Source of the DNA: Candidatus Hermodarchaeota archaeon
Lineage (GTDB): Archaea; Asgardarchaeota; Lokiarchaeia; Sigyniarchaeales; SOKP01
Direction: 5' to 3'
Assembly: GCA_048885525.1 (NCBI GenBank)
Contig: JBHLLP010000003.1
Location: 32,001 to 96,000 of the forward strand
Length of the DNA: 64,000 bases
The notes under the pieces were generated by a model. The model was not told the origin of the DNA. It made no database searches and was given only the letters and a program-made list of their open reading frames with translations. The translations under genes and the position numbers were made by a program. Shown in pieces: positions 26,631-38,200 of this stretch (position 1 is its first letter; each line of letters opens with the position of its first letter).

Positions 26631-26710
26631 TTAATTTCCACCAATTTTAAACTGGATCTTAAGATTTTTTAATTAAAATAAGAAAATCATCTATAAATTT
26701 ATTTATAAAA

Positions 26711-28168
26711 TTATAAAGCAAAAGGTAAAATCATATCTTTTAGAACACTTATAGTTATTCTTCCTGGAGCGCTAATAGTTTCAAAAGCAGGAGAAATATT
26801 GTTAATTCTAAAATTATCGGGAATTTTTTGAATAACAAAGTTCTTTAAGAAATTATTAAAGTCTATATATTCTCTTTTTGTTTCTACCCAGAAATAACCT
26901 TCTTTTTCGAAATATTTTGGATTTTTTTTTTTAAAACTGGCGACATGCTTTTTTTCTCCAATAGGAGGTCCTCTTCGAATGTAAGTTTTGGAGATCTGAG
27001 GTTTTTCGCAATAAACAGCCATATTATATTGATTTATATCATCTTCGAAATAAACTTCGAAAATTATCTTTCCAAAACGTTCAACATGAGAAAACTCTTT
27101 CTCTCCATTCACTATAAGGCTTTCACATAAAGAGTATAACTTGTCTCTATTAATAGTATAATGAATTTCTTTGTTGGTATTTAGTAATTCAACTATATAT
27201 ATGTGTGAAAGGAGAGGATCTTGTTTATTGGTTATGTCTGCTTGGGGAATTGGTTTAACTTTAAAAAATTTAACGCTTGGCTTTTTTAAAAATTCACTAA
27301 TTTTATAATTACAATAATTATATGCTCTCTGGGATATTGCTGAGGCAACATTTCGGTTTTTATCTATAGGATCAATAATTATAAGATAATCATTCTGAAA
27401 GTGAGTAATTTTTCTTAATTTTTTCGTTGGTCTATTAAAATAATCCAATGGCTTTGATTGTAATTCATTAAAATTTTCAAATAGATTTTTTAGAGATTTA
27501 AAATAAAAAATTAATAATTCAGCGCTGTATCCTATAAAACCTACTTTCCCTATAGGACTTTTATCACCATAACTATAACAAGATTTAAAGAATTGCTTTA
27601 AAAGTCTTACATCATTTTTTTGATTAAGATTAAGTTTATCTCTAATAAAATAGCCATGCCAAGGAGATCTATCAACCGCTGTAATAGGCCCATTCTTATT
27701 TATATATTCTAAATCCAAATCAAAATATAATACAATATCAATTTTAAGTTCTATATCATTTAAAAGATAATCCACTGTAACATATGGATGTTCAGCATAT
27801 AAAAGCCGTGGGTTATGAAATTCATCTAAAGTTAAACTTGGCAGAATCCAATTATTACACAATGTCAAAAAATCTTTTTTTGAATCTTTTTTTAACTTAC
27901 TCCTACTTAAACCTTTATATTTATCTTTATAATCATTAAAATCTAATCCTATAAAGAGATCTATGTCATAATCATCTTTTAATTGTGTTTGCTTGATTCC
28001 AGTAGAACCTTGAGGTTCAATCTTTATATAATTTATATATAATTCCTTAGCTTTTTTAGCTAACAATTTTTGTAGTTTAATAGTAATATTCTCAATCAAA
28101 GTTACCTCTTGAGCAGTAGGAATGATTTCCTTTAAAACATTGATAAAAACATCGTTAATTGAAGCCAT
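26711..28168 (-). CDS. cca: Archaeal (class I) CCA-adding enzyme
   Basis: GST..K.T.L..D.DIDLF, YAEHPYV, TAVDRSP.H, DVRLLKQF.K, GF.GY..ELL, DPID..RNVA, GPP. Confidence 0.93.
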   Translation of the reverse strand: MASINDVFINVLKEIIPTAQEVTLIENITIKLQKLLAKKAKELYINYIKIEPQGSTGIKQTQLKDDYDIDLFIGLDFNDYKDKYKGLSRSKLKKDSKKDFLTLCNNWILPSLTLDEFHNPRLLYAEHPYVTVDYLLNDIELKIDIVLYFDLDLEYINKNGPITAVDRSPWHGYFIRDKLNLNQKNDVRLLKQFFKSCYSYGDKSPIGKVGFIGYSAELLIFYFKSLKNLFENFNELQSKPLDYFNRPTKKLRKITHFQNDYLIIIDPIDKNRNVASAISQRAYNYCNYKISEFLKKPSVKFFKVKPIPQADITNKQDPLLSHIYIVELLNTNKEIHYTINRDKLYSLCESLIVNGEKEFSHVERFGKIIFEVYFEDDINQYNMAVYCEKPQISKTYIRRGPPIGEKKHVASFKKKNPKYFEKEGYFWVETKREYIDFNNFLKNFVIQKIPDNFRINNISPAFETISAPGRITISVLKDMILPFAL

Positions 28169-28289
28169 TGAATTGGTTTTAAAACTAGGTTTATTGTAAA
28201 ATTTAATGGTATATTATAAAATTATTTCGATTTTTCAAAAAAATCTTATGGATGATAATTTGAAAAATTATAATTAATTTTAAAGTTGT

Positions 28290-30095
28290 TTACATTCCCC
28301 ACCAAGGATGTTCATGAGTTCTTTTTAATTTAATAAACTCCCTAAGAGCTTCTTTTTGATCAGTAGTTAATTCATCTATGAACTTTCCCATTAATTGTCG
28401 AACATGAGATTCTGGGATATTAACATAAAGAGTTTCATCTTTTTCTAAATCTCGTCCTATTTCAATACCACGGATAGAAATTGCTACATCTGAATCTTTA
28501 GGTGCTTTCTCTATTGTTTGGCCTTTATCTTGAATTTGATGTATTCTTCTAACTCTTTTACCTTTATCAGTTATTATAGGAACTTTTGGATATAATGTTC
28601 CAGCTTCAACATGTACACCAAAAACCGCCGGATCTGAATTCCGAAATATAAATTCTGGAAACATTTTCATCTTTGCTGGTAAAATTAGTTCACTTAATCC
28701 TTTAGCAGTATCTTCTGCTTTCCTTGTTTCTGCATACTCGATATATTCTTCTAGTAACCGATAAATAACGTTATTTGTGAAAATTCTAATATTATCATTA
28801 ATTGCTTGTTCATTAGCTTCTGGTAATATTGGAACATTAAAACCTAAAACTGTGGCAGAGTATGGATCCAATTGTTTAACGATATTCGCATTAATGATGT
28901 CTTCTTTTTTTATAGGTCCAACATCAGCAACGCTAATTTTTACACCATTTTTTGTGAAGTGATTTTCAAGTGCTTCAAGGGACCCTAAAGTATCTGCTTT
29001 TAAAACGACTCCTGCTTTATCAGTTTTTATCCTTATACTTTCAACTTCCGCAGCAATTTCCTCATATATAGATTCTTCTTCAGAAGGATCCGCAACACCT
29101 CTAAATGGAGATCCTGCTACAACATCATCGATATTAGGTGCTAAAATTTTAATTCCTGCTGCAGCACTGATAAAAGCGACAGAATCAAATTTTTGTCTTG
29201 GATCTCTTATTTCATCTAAAGGTTTAGGAATCAATAATGCTCTTACTTTCGATTTAATAGGTTTTTCTAGTCCTCCAACAATAAATTCATCCCCTTTTTT
29301 AATCATCCCATCATATATTAGAACATCCATAGTTTTTCCTTGTCCTTTTTCCTTTTTTACTTCTAAAACAACTCCCTTTGCAGATCCTTCAGAAAATCTT
29401 AGATTTTTTGTCAAGTATTGTTGGACTAATCCCATCAAAATTAATAAAAGAGTTGAAATACCCTCTCCCGTTTTACCACTCGTAGGTACAATTGCGATTT
29501 TTTTAGTAAAATCCTTAATTTTATCATAACGATCAATTCCTTTGAATCCTTCTTCTAAGAAATTTCCAATAATTTGTAAAATTTTATCATCTAAAAAGTC
29601 CTTCACATGTGGTTTTTGAAGATTATATGAATCGAGGAAATCCGCATCTTTTTTTGATTTCCATCCAGAAATTCTATCTATTTTATTAGCAGCAATAACA
29701 AAAGGAGTCTTTCTTTCTCTTAAAATCCGTACTGATTCCCAAGTTATAGGCATTGTTCCAGCAGTGACATCTATAACCAAAATTGCAATATCTGCAACAG
29801 CACCTCCTCTTCTTCTTAAGTTTAAAAACGCAGCATGACCAGGTGTATCTACAACTAATAACCCCGGAAGCCTAATATCCTTTTCAGCAAATTCTTTTTT
29901 AGATTTACTTAAAAATTCTTTTAGATCCTCAGTTGGAAAATAGGAAGCACCTATATGTTGGGTAATTCCCGCCGCTTCTCTTTGTTGAACTACAGTACCT
30001 CTAACATAATCTAGGATTGTGGTTTTTCCGTGATCAATATGACCAAGAATGCTCACAATTGGAGCTCTAATTATCTTGTTTTCAACCACAGTCAT
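28290..30095 (-). CDS. infB: Translation initiation factor aIF5B (IF-2)
   Basis: IRAPIVSILGHIDHGKTT, EAAGITQHIGA, DTPGH, NKID, KADTLGSLEA. Confidence 0.97.
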   Translation of the reverse strand: MTVVENKIIRAPIVSILGHIDHGKTTILDYVRGTVVQQREAAGITQHIGASYFPTEDLKEFLSKSKKEFAEKDIRLPGLLVVDTPGHAAFLNLRRRGGAVADIAILVIDVTAGTMPITWESVRILRERKTPFVIAANKIDRISGWKSKKDADFLDSYNLQKPHVKDFLDDKILQIIGNFLEEGFKGIDRYDKIKDFTKKIAIVPTSGKTGEGISTLLLILMGLVQQYLTKNLRFSEGSAKGVVLEVKKEKGQGKTMDVLIYDGMIKKGDEFIVGGLEKPIKSKVRALLIPKPLDEIRDPRQKFDSVAFISAAAGIKILAPNIDDVVAGSPFRGVADPSEEESIYEEIAAEVESIRIKTDKAGVVLKADTLGSLEALENHFTKNGVKISVADVGPIKKEDIINANIVKQLDPYSATVLGFNVPILPEANEQAINDNIRIFTNNVIYRLLEEYIEYAETRKAEDTAKGLSELILPAKMKMFPEFIFRNSDPAVFGVHVEAGTLYPKVPIITDKGKRVRRIHQIQDKGQTIEKAPKDSDVAISIRGIEIGRDLEKDETLYVNIPESHVRQLMGKFIDELTTDQKEALREFIKLKRTHEHPWWGM

Positions 30096-30217
30096 TAAAT
30101 ATCACGAATTTCTATTTATAATTTTAAAACTTACTATTCTTTACTTAGTTAAATGTTATCCACCATTTGTTTAGAACTTTATTTTAAACTTAAGAATATC
30201 TTAAGAAAATTTAAGAA

Positions 30218-33091
30218 TTAATTGTTAAAAAGATATTTTTTTAAATATTGGGCAGTAAAGGATGATTTATTCTTAATAATTTCTTCTGGAACACCCTCTG
30301 TAACAATATTTCCACCTTTTTCTCCACCCTCAGGTCCAAGATCAATAATGTAATCAACAGATTTTATAATATCCATATTATGCTCAATTATAATTACTGT
30401 ATTGCCTTTATCTACTAACTTTTGAAGAACCTTAAGTAAGAAATTAATATCATATGATGATAATCCTGTAGTAGGTTCATCTAAGATATAAAGAGTGTTT
30501 CCTGTACTGGTTTTTCTCAATTCCCTTGCAATTTTTAAGCGTTGAGATTCTCCTCCACTTAAAGTGGTTGAGGATTGACCTAATTCTAAATAACCTAATC
30601 CAACATCTACCACAGTTTTTATTGTTCTTTTTAAATTTGGAAAACTATCAAAGAATTCTAAGGCTTGATGGAACGTCATTTTCAAAACATCATAGATTGA
30701 CTTTTCGCGGTATTTAATCTCTAAAGTTTCAACATTATATCTTTTACCCTTACATAAATCGCACTTAATATATACATCAGGTAAAAAATACATTTCTTTT
30801 AAGATATATCCCGTTCCTTTACACTTTTTACAGTGTCCTGCTTTTGTATTGAAACTAAATCTACCTTTTTTATACCCTCTCTCTCTCGATTCAGGTAATC
30901 CAGCAAAAATTTCTCTAATATAATCCAAAGCTTTTGTATAAGTTGCAGGAACAGATCTGGGTGTTCTACCTATTGGTGATTGATCGATATTAATAATTTT
31001 ATCTATTTTCTCATAACCAACAATTTTTTCAAACTTACCTTGATTAATTTTTGAACTCCGTATATTTATTAAATTATGGAGTCCTTTATATAAGCAATCA
31101 ATTATTAGGCTAGTTTTTCCAGCTCCTGAAACTCCTGTTATACAAGTAAATAAACCAAGAGGAATTTTTACATCAATTCCTTTTAAATTATTTTCTTCTG
31201 CTCCAACTAATTCTATAAATTCATTATCTATTGATCGTCTATTTTTTGGGATCAAAATTTTACGTTTTCCTGATAAATATTCTCCTGTTAAAGTCCTCGA
31301 ATTGATAATAACATCAATAGGTCCTTCAGCTACAATCTCCCCTCCCCTTTCACCAGCTAAGGGCCCTAAATCTATAATATGATCTGCATTACGCATTATT
31401 GCTTCATCATGCTCAACTACAATAACAGTATTCCCTAAGTCTCTTAACTTTTTTAGCATATTGATAAGACGATTGATATCTCTTTGATGTAACCCTATAC
31501 TTGGTTCATCTAATACGTATAATACTCCTACTAAGCTAGAACCTAATTGAGTAGCTAATCTAATTCTTTCTGCTTCCCCAACTGATAATGTGTCTGAACG
31601 TCGGTTTAAGGAGATGTAATCTAATCCAACATTTTCAAGAAAAGAGAGTCTATCTAAAATTTCTTTTAACACTTCCTTAACTATTACTTTTTCAGTTTCA
31701 TTTAAATTTAATTCTTTGAAAAATTTTAAAGAATCCTTAACAGCTAAAGCAGATAATTCAGCAATATCTAGTGAATTTATAGTTACAGCTAAACTTTCTG
31801 GCTTTAACCTCTTTCCATTACAATGTGGGCAATCTATCCGATTCATAAAACTTTCATAGGTATCACGTGCCCATTCTGAACGAGTTTCCATATATCTCCT
31901 ATGGAGTATTGGAATTATACCCTCAAAAGGTCTAGAGACTTGCCATGAAGATTTAAATTCTCCATTATGATTTCTATAGTCATTATTTTCACTTTCAAAA
32001 TGAAAATCAATCGATTCATTTTCAGATCCGAATAATATCTTATGAAGGTTATTTGGATCAATTTCTTTAATTGGAGTCTTATCAGTGTCAAATTCATAAT
32101 GTTTCGCAACTTGAACAATTGTTTGCCATGAATAACCACTTTCAGATCCAAATCCAGGGATTTCTCGAATTGGTGTTTCTTCTAGAGTAAGATCTAAATC
32201 AGTGCCTAAGAGTAATCCATAATCAAATTCCATAACATTCCCTAAACCGCTACAATATTTACAGCTTCCATGAGGAATATTAAATGAAAACATTTTATGA
32301 TCCAAAGGAGGAAATGATATTCCACAATCAATACAAGCGAGATGTTCAGAAAAAATCTGTTCTCCTTGTTCTATAACCTCAACAGTAACTAACCCATTTG
32401 ATAATTCCAAGGCAGTTTCAATAGAATCAGCCAATCTTGTTCTAATATCCTTTCGCATTACAAGCCGATCTATAATAACATTGATATTGTGTTTCACATT
32501 TTTTTCCATAGAGATATCTTCGTCTAAGGTATATTGAATCCCATCTACTTCTACTCTAACATAACCTTGCTTTTTTAAATCTTGTAAAAGCTCTTTGTAT
32601 TCTCCTTTTCTATCTCTAATCAGAGGTGCTTTAACAATAAATTTTTGATTTTCCTTTATAGAAGTTAATATTTGCTGAATAATTTGCTGAGGTGTTTGTG
32701 GTTTTATTTCTTTACCGCAGTTAGGGCAATGAGGGATGCCAATATTAGCATATAATAGTCTATAGTAATCATATATTTCAGTTACAGTCCCAACTGTACT
32801 CCTTGGATTTTTTGAAAGTGGTTTCTGCTCAATTGCAATTGCAGGAGATAATCCCTCAATTGAATCCACATCGGGTTTATCCATCTCTCCTAAGAATTGT
32901 CTTGCATAGCTAGAAAGAGATTCGAGAAATCTTCGCTGTCCCTCAGCATATAACGTATCCATTGCCAAACTGCTCTTTCCACTTCCACTAATCCCTGTTA
33001 TCACAACAATCTTATTACGTGGGATTACAACATCAATATTTTTAAGATTATTTTGTCTTGCTCCTTTTATAATAATAGAGTTATCGTTCAT
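30218..33091 (-). CDS. uvrA: Excinuclease ABC subunit A
   Basis: Two ABC ATPase halves (GISGSGKSS, GVSGAGKTS), EGQRR, Zn fingers, LSGGESQR, LDEPTTGL. Confidence 0.98.
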   Translation of the reverse strand: MNDNSIIIKGARQNNLKNIDVVIPRNKIVVITGISGSGKSSLAMDTLYAEGQRRFLESLSSYARQFLGEMDKPDVDSIEGLSPAIAIEQKPLSKNPRSTVGTVTEIYDYYRLLYANIGIPHCPNCGKEIKPQTPQQIIQQILTSIKENQKFIVKAPLIRDRKGEYKELLQDLKKQGYVRVEVDGIQYTLDEDISMEKNVKHNINVIIDRLVMRKDIRTRLADSIETALELSNGLVTVEVIEQGEQIFSEHLACIDCGISFPPLDHKMFSFNIPHGSCKYCSGLGNVMEFDYGLLLGTDLDLTLEETPIREIPGFGSESGYSWQTIVQVAKHYEFDTDKTPIKEIDPNNLHKILFGSENESIDFHFESENNDYRNHNGEFKSSWQVSRPFEGIIPILHRRYMETRSEWARDTYESFMNRIDCPHCNGKRLKPESLAVTINSLDIAELSALAVKDSLKFFKELNLNETEKVIVKEVLKEILDRLSFLENVGLDYISLNRRSDTLSVGEAERIRLATQLGSSLVGVLYVLDEPSIGLHQRDINRLINMLKKLRDLGNTVIVVEHDEAIMRNADHIIDLGPLAGERGGEIVAEGPIDVIINSRTLTGEYLSGKRKILIPKNRRSIDNEFIELVGAEENNLKGIDVKIPLGLFTCITGVSGAGKTSLIIDCLYKGLHNLINIRSSKINQGKFEKIVGYEKIDKIINIDQSPIGRTPRSVPATYTKALDYIREIFAGLPESRERGYKKGRFSFNTKAGHCKKCKGTGYILKEMYFLPDVYIKCDLCKGKRYNVETLEIKYREKSIYDVLKMTFHQALEFFDSFPNLKRTIKTVVDVGLGYLELGQSSTTLSGGESQRLKIARELRKTSTGNTLYILDEPTTGLSSYDINFLLKVLQKLVDKGNTVIIIEHNMDIIKSVDYIIDLGPEGGEKGGNIVTEGVPEEIIKNKSSFTAQYLKKYLFNN

Positions 33092-33133
33092 CCTATATTC
33101 TACATAATTTCAATTAAAAATATTACAAAAATT

Positions 33134-35140
33134 TCACGCTTTTATTTTGTTAGTTTCCTTTATTTCCTTGATTTTATCTCTTAAGTAAGCAGCATCTTCA
33201 AATCTTAATTCTCTTGCTGCCAAAAACATTTTGTTTTCTAAATACTCAATAACTGTCTCCAAATCTCCTTTTTTTTCTAATTGTTTAATTTTATCTTTTA
33301 CTTTTTGTTTTAATCGTTTAACTTCCCTATCTTTGAACTCTTTTTCTTCAGATAAGGACTTTAAAATATTTTTTTTAATAGTGTGAGGAGTAATTTTATT
33401 TTCTTCATTATACCTTATTTGTTTATTTCTTCTTCTATTTGTTTCGTCAATCGCTGCTTTCATGGCGGGAGAAATCCGATCTCCGTATAAAATTGCTTTT
33501 CCCTCGATGTTTCTAGAGGCTCTGCCAATAGTTTGTATTAGAGAACGAGTATCTCTTAAAAATCCTAATTTATCAGCATCTAGAATTGCTACTAACTGGA
33601 CTTCCGGTAAATCTAAACCTTCTCTTAATAGATTAATTCCAACAAGCACATCAAAAGTACCATCTCTCAATTGACGCAAAATTTCAAATCTTTCGACAGT
33701 ATCTACTTCTGAGTGTAAGTATGTTATTTTCAATCCTATTTCATTATAGTATTCAGCAATATCTTCAGCCATTCTCTTTGTAAGAGTTGTTATAAGCGTT
33801 CTACCATCTTTTTTAATTACTTTTCTTATCTCACCTAATAAATCGTCAATTTGATTTTTAGCAGGTCTTACTTCCACCAATGGATCAACGAGACCAGTTG
33901 GTCGAATAATCTGTTCTGCAGAAATTTCTCCACTTTTCTCTAACTCATAATCTCCTGGAGTTGCGCTCATAAAAATAATGTATTTAATTTTACTCTCCCA
34001 TTCTTCAAATGTAAGTGGCCTATTATCATAAGCACTTGGTAAGCGCCACCCATAATCTACAAGATTTTTTTTACGAGATCGATCTCCACCAATCATTCCA
34101 TGGATTTGTGGTATTGTTATATGAGATTCATCAACAACTATCAGAAAATCATCTGGAAAGTAATCCATTAAAGTCATGGGAGGAGTTCCCGGTGGTCTAC
34201 CATCCAAAGGTCTCGAATAATTTTCTATACCTTTACACCAACCCATTTCTTTCATCATTTCCAAATCAAATTTAACCCTTCTCTCAATCCATTGTGCTTC
34301 AGCAAATTTCTTCTGACTTTTAAAAAATTCAATTCTTTCTTCTAATTCTTCTTTTATTAACTCTAGAGCTCTTTCTTTATTTTCATCTGGAATGATAAAA
34401 TGCGTTGCGGGGAATATTCTATAATTAGGCACTTTATTTATTGGATTATTGGTTATCGGATGAATTTCTGTTATAGATTCAATTTCATCTCCAAATAAAG
34501 AAATTCTGACGCCATTATTTAGATACGCGGGATAAATGTCAATTATATCTCCTTTTACTCGTACATTTCCCGGTTTGAATTCAATTTCCGTTCGTTCATA
34601 ATTCATTTTTATAAGTTTCTTTAAAATTTCAGATCGTTTTATTTGTGTACCTACTTCTACATAGAGCGCAATTTTTTCCCAAAGATCTGGATTCCCCAAT
34701 CCATAGATACAGGACACAGTTGCAACTATGATAACATCTCTTCGAGTTCTTACAGCATGAGCAGCTGCTAGTCTTAGACGTTCAATTTCCTCGTTAACAC
34801 TAAAATCTTTTTCAATGTATAAGCCAGTAATTGGCATATATGCCTCTGGTTGATAATAGTCATAATAAGAAACAAAATAATGAACTGCATTTTGAGGAAA
34901 TAGTTCCTTTAGTTCATTATATAATTGAGCAGCTAATGTCTTATTAGGTGCCATAACTAAGGTTGGTTTTTGAATTTTTTGAATTATATTAGCAATTGAA
35001 AAAGTTTTACCTGTACCGGTGGCTCCTAATAATGTTTGAAACCTTCTACCTTTCTGAATATTAGTAGAAAGAATTTCTATTGCTTCGGGTTGATCTCCTG
35101 CTGGAAGAAAATCTGATTCTAATTTAAATTTAGCTATCAT
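33134..35140 (-). CDS. uvrB: Excinuclease ABC subunit B
   Basis: PAGDQP, GATGTGKT, YFVSYYDYYQPEAY, DESH, QTIGRA, C-terminal UVR domain FEDAAYLRD. Confidence 0.98.
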   Translation of the reverse strand: MIAKFKLESDFLPAGDQPEAIEILSTNIQKGRRFQTLLGATGTGKTFSIANIIQKIQKPTLVMAPNKTLAAQLYNELKELFPQNAVHYFVSYYDYYQPEAYMPITGLYIEKDFSVNEEIERLRLAAAHAVRTRRDVIIVATVSCIYGLGNPDLWEKIALYVEVGTQIKRSEILKKLIKMNYERTEIEFKPGNVRVKGDIIDIYPAYLNNGVRISLFGDEIESITEIHPITNNPINKVPNYRIFPATHFIIPDENKERALELIKEELEERIEFFKSQKKFAEAQWIERRVKFDLEMMKEMGWCKGIENYSRPLDGRPPGTPPMTLMDYFPDDFLIVVDESHITIPQIHGMIGGDRSRKKNLVDYGWRLPSAYDNRPLTFEEWESKIKYIIFMSATPGDYELEKSGEISAEQIIRPTGLVDPLVEVRPAKNQIDDLLGEIRKVIKKDGRTLITTLTKRMAEDIAEYYNEIGLKITYLHSEVDTVERFEILRQLRDGTFDVLVGINLLREGLDLPEVQLVAILDADKLGFLRDTRSLIQTIGRASRNIEGKAILYGDRISPAMKAAIDETNRRRNKQIRYNEENKITPHTIKKNILKSLSEEKEFKDREVKRLKQKVKDKIKQLEKKGDLETVIEYLENKMFLAARELRFEDAAYLRDKIKEIKETNKIKA

Positions 35141-35271
35141 ACGGGAAGATTACTAACTTTATCACTCATTAAATATTAGAATTGAATTAATTTATTAAAG
35201 GTAAGACTTATGAAATTCTAATATATCATAACTTAAGATTTTTATTAATATATAAATAAAGATTTGGAAAT

Positions 35272-38200
35272 TTATGCCACTACTATTTCTTCTTGAGTAT
35301 CCTCAGCGCCTTCTAATGTTCGAGCAAGAATTATGAATTTATCATCTGGAGAGATCGAACCAATGAAGGATTCAAGATTATTAAGATAAATTGTAATTGA
35401 ACCTCCAAGATTGCCGATTACAAAAGAATCACCAATTTGAAATGTAAAACTGGAAAGAGGAATATATGTACTATTTATATATATTGAATCTACTGTTACA
35501 TTCAATTGTCCATCGTTTACGATTTTTATAGTAACTCTATTATCACTATCATCAATTCTAGAGGCTGGATCAACCGTAATACTATATAATTCTGAATCAA
35601 CGATTGCATTAAATACTGTTTCATACTCAGCGGTGGAATTAGTTGTTATTTTCGCAATAACTTCATTTGATTTGTTTATTTGAAAACCTGGAATATCAAA
35701 ATAAATCAAAGCACATTCTTGAATGCCTAATGAAGAATCTCCATAGAGGAATTCAATTTCATTAGGATTTGAAAAATCGAGTGACAAAGTACTATTAATG
35801 GTAACATTTACTAGGGTTATTGGGGCATTTCCAGTGTTCTTAATTAATAATGTACCTGTTTCATTCGCATTTATGTATGATACTGCGGATCCATCAATAT
35901 TTTCAATAATTTGAATATCTTCTTGATCTCTTATAGTGTGAATATATCCTATATCCGAAGTAACTGTAGTTCCATAACTTCCGGTGATGCAAACCAATAT
36001 TTCTTCATTGATATCTCCCCCCACATAATCAGTTGCATCTATAATAATTACATCTTCCGTATTACTTTCCAAGTTTATAGCTGTTGAAATCGTATGCCAC
36101 TTTTCGAAGTCAACTTCAGTTAAAGACTCCGTTAAATATACAGAATCTAATCCAAAAATAAGGTCTCCTGTATTTTTTACTTTTATGTTTAAAATTGTGC
36201 TTCCATTATCATACCGATATGCATAGGAGTTACTGAAATCTATTGGAATATGTTTTCTAAAATTTCTATCAAGAGCTGCTAATACTTCTGGGGATATTAT
36301 TCTTTCTTCACTCAATATCGAAAGAGAATAACTTTCTATATTAGATGTAAATAAAATTTCATCTCGTATATCATTTGGAGTAGCTACTCCTATCTTATTA
36401 TACAGTATAGGATAAGTAAGAGAAAAGATAGCTGATACGTCTGGTAAATAAACATTTGCTATTTCTCCAGGTTCGAGAATTAGGGCCCCACTTAGATATT
36501 CAATATTGGTTTCATTTATTCTATTTTCAATAGTGTCGTCGTTTAAATAAAATCTATCTAAAACTGTAGTAGTATCACCAATATTTTCCACCTCAAGGAA
36601 TATATCGACGTGAGACTGATTTTTTTGAATAACTATACTATTTTGCTTATTAATTCTAATTTCTCCGGGTATTGCTTCTTTAACAAAAAAATTGCTAGTA
36701 TGATTAGAGAAAGAATATGGTCCGTATGTCGCTACTGATTCAGCATCGACTTCAATAGAAACAACATCATCTTTTTGGAATGTGGTTCCTTGTGATTCTA
36801 TATCTATCCAAACCATATCTTCTTCTCCTTGTTCTATTGTATTACTTTCATTACTCATGACATAATCATACTCCAATCCATTGATTTTAACATTTGTAAT
36901 TGTTAAATCTTTTTTACCAGTATTTTGTAATTTAATGGTACCGTATCCACTATCAAAAACTTCTGCATTTCTAATAGTAAAACTAGAATCTAATGCAGTA
37001 TAATCTATTTTATATAACTTTACCATATGAAATCTGGAGAAGTATGTTGGAACAAAAACTATTGTATTATAAAGTCCATTATCAGGAATATGAGATTTCC
37101 ACGTTTGTCCATTGTCATCTGCTCGCCTATTAATCTCTTGAGCGTAATTCTTATCAAATTGATGATTAGCTTCATCAGGATTAGTTTTTTCACCAAAAAA
37201 CATTAACTTAACCAACTGACTATCAAACCAACTATCTTCCATCCTTCCATTTGTCAGATTATGATATTTACTTTCATCAAAAACTGCATTATCTGCCCAA
37301 TTATCTTCTTCCCAACCAGAATTTTTGTAACTAACATAGTGGTTATTGCAAATTTGAAGCATCCAAGTCCATTTTCCTTCATCTCCTCCTAATCCAGAAT
37401 ATAGAAAACCAAAATAAACTAAGACATAATCAGCCCCTAACCTACGAAATGCTTTTGCACTATAAATTTCATTAGTTTGCATCAAAGCCATACCAGTTAA
37501 GCCTATTCTAGTTCCATTTTTTGTAGCATTATCGTTAACAGTTGTCACATTACCAATTGGAGTAAGCCAATAACCATAATCCCACCAGGAAACTACTACA
37601 TCAGTTCCTTTTAGATTAGCTTTCATCCATGTTAATGTTTCTTCCCAATCATGAATAACTCCACCAGGTACCATCTGAACATATGAATGTTGTTGAATAG
37701 CAATTAACGACGTATGAGTAACTTGAGAATACAATAAAATCCCAATAACTAAATAGACTATTAAAACTTCTGTGTTTCCTACGGTACCTTTTAACTGCCT
37801 TCTCCTTTTTCTACTAACACCAACTTTTTTTTCTCCGGTGAAGCTACCAAAAATTTTCAAAATATTTACTAGTCCATATGCCCCAATTAATGCTGCTGCT
37901 GGAGCAAATATTAGAATTATACGAATCATACTTCCTGTAAAATAGTACATTAATAATATAAATGCGATTAAAAAGATATCTGCAGCGTTTAACCTCTTAA
38001 AACAAAAAAATATTCCTAAAGAGATTAATAATACAGGAATTAATGTATCATAGTAAAATACACTCCATGCGCTGGGCATTTGCTCTGCAATTGAAGCAAC
38101 TAACGCCATATCCCTACGTAATAAAGGGCTAAGAATAGTATTAAATCGAGCTCCAAAACCAAAAGGAATCACATCAGGAGCGATCCAAACAATCACTGCT

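Noticed and set aside
26359-26634. + strand 91-aa ORF in the track
   Set aside because: Antisense shadow of a minus-strand frame that has an SD-like site and ATG; no recognisable motif.
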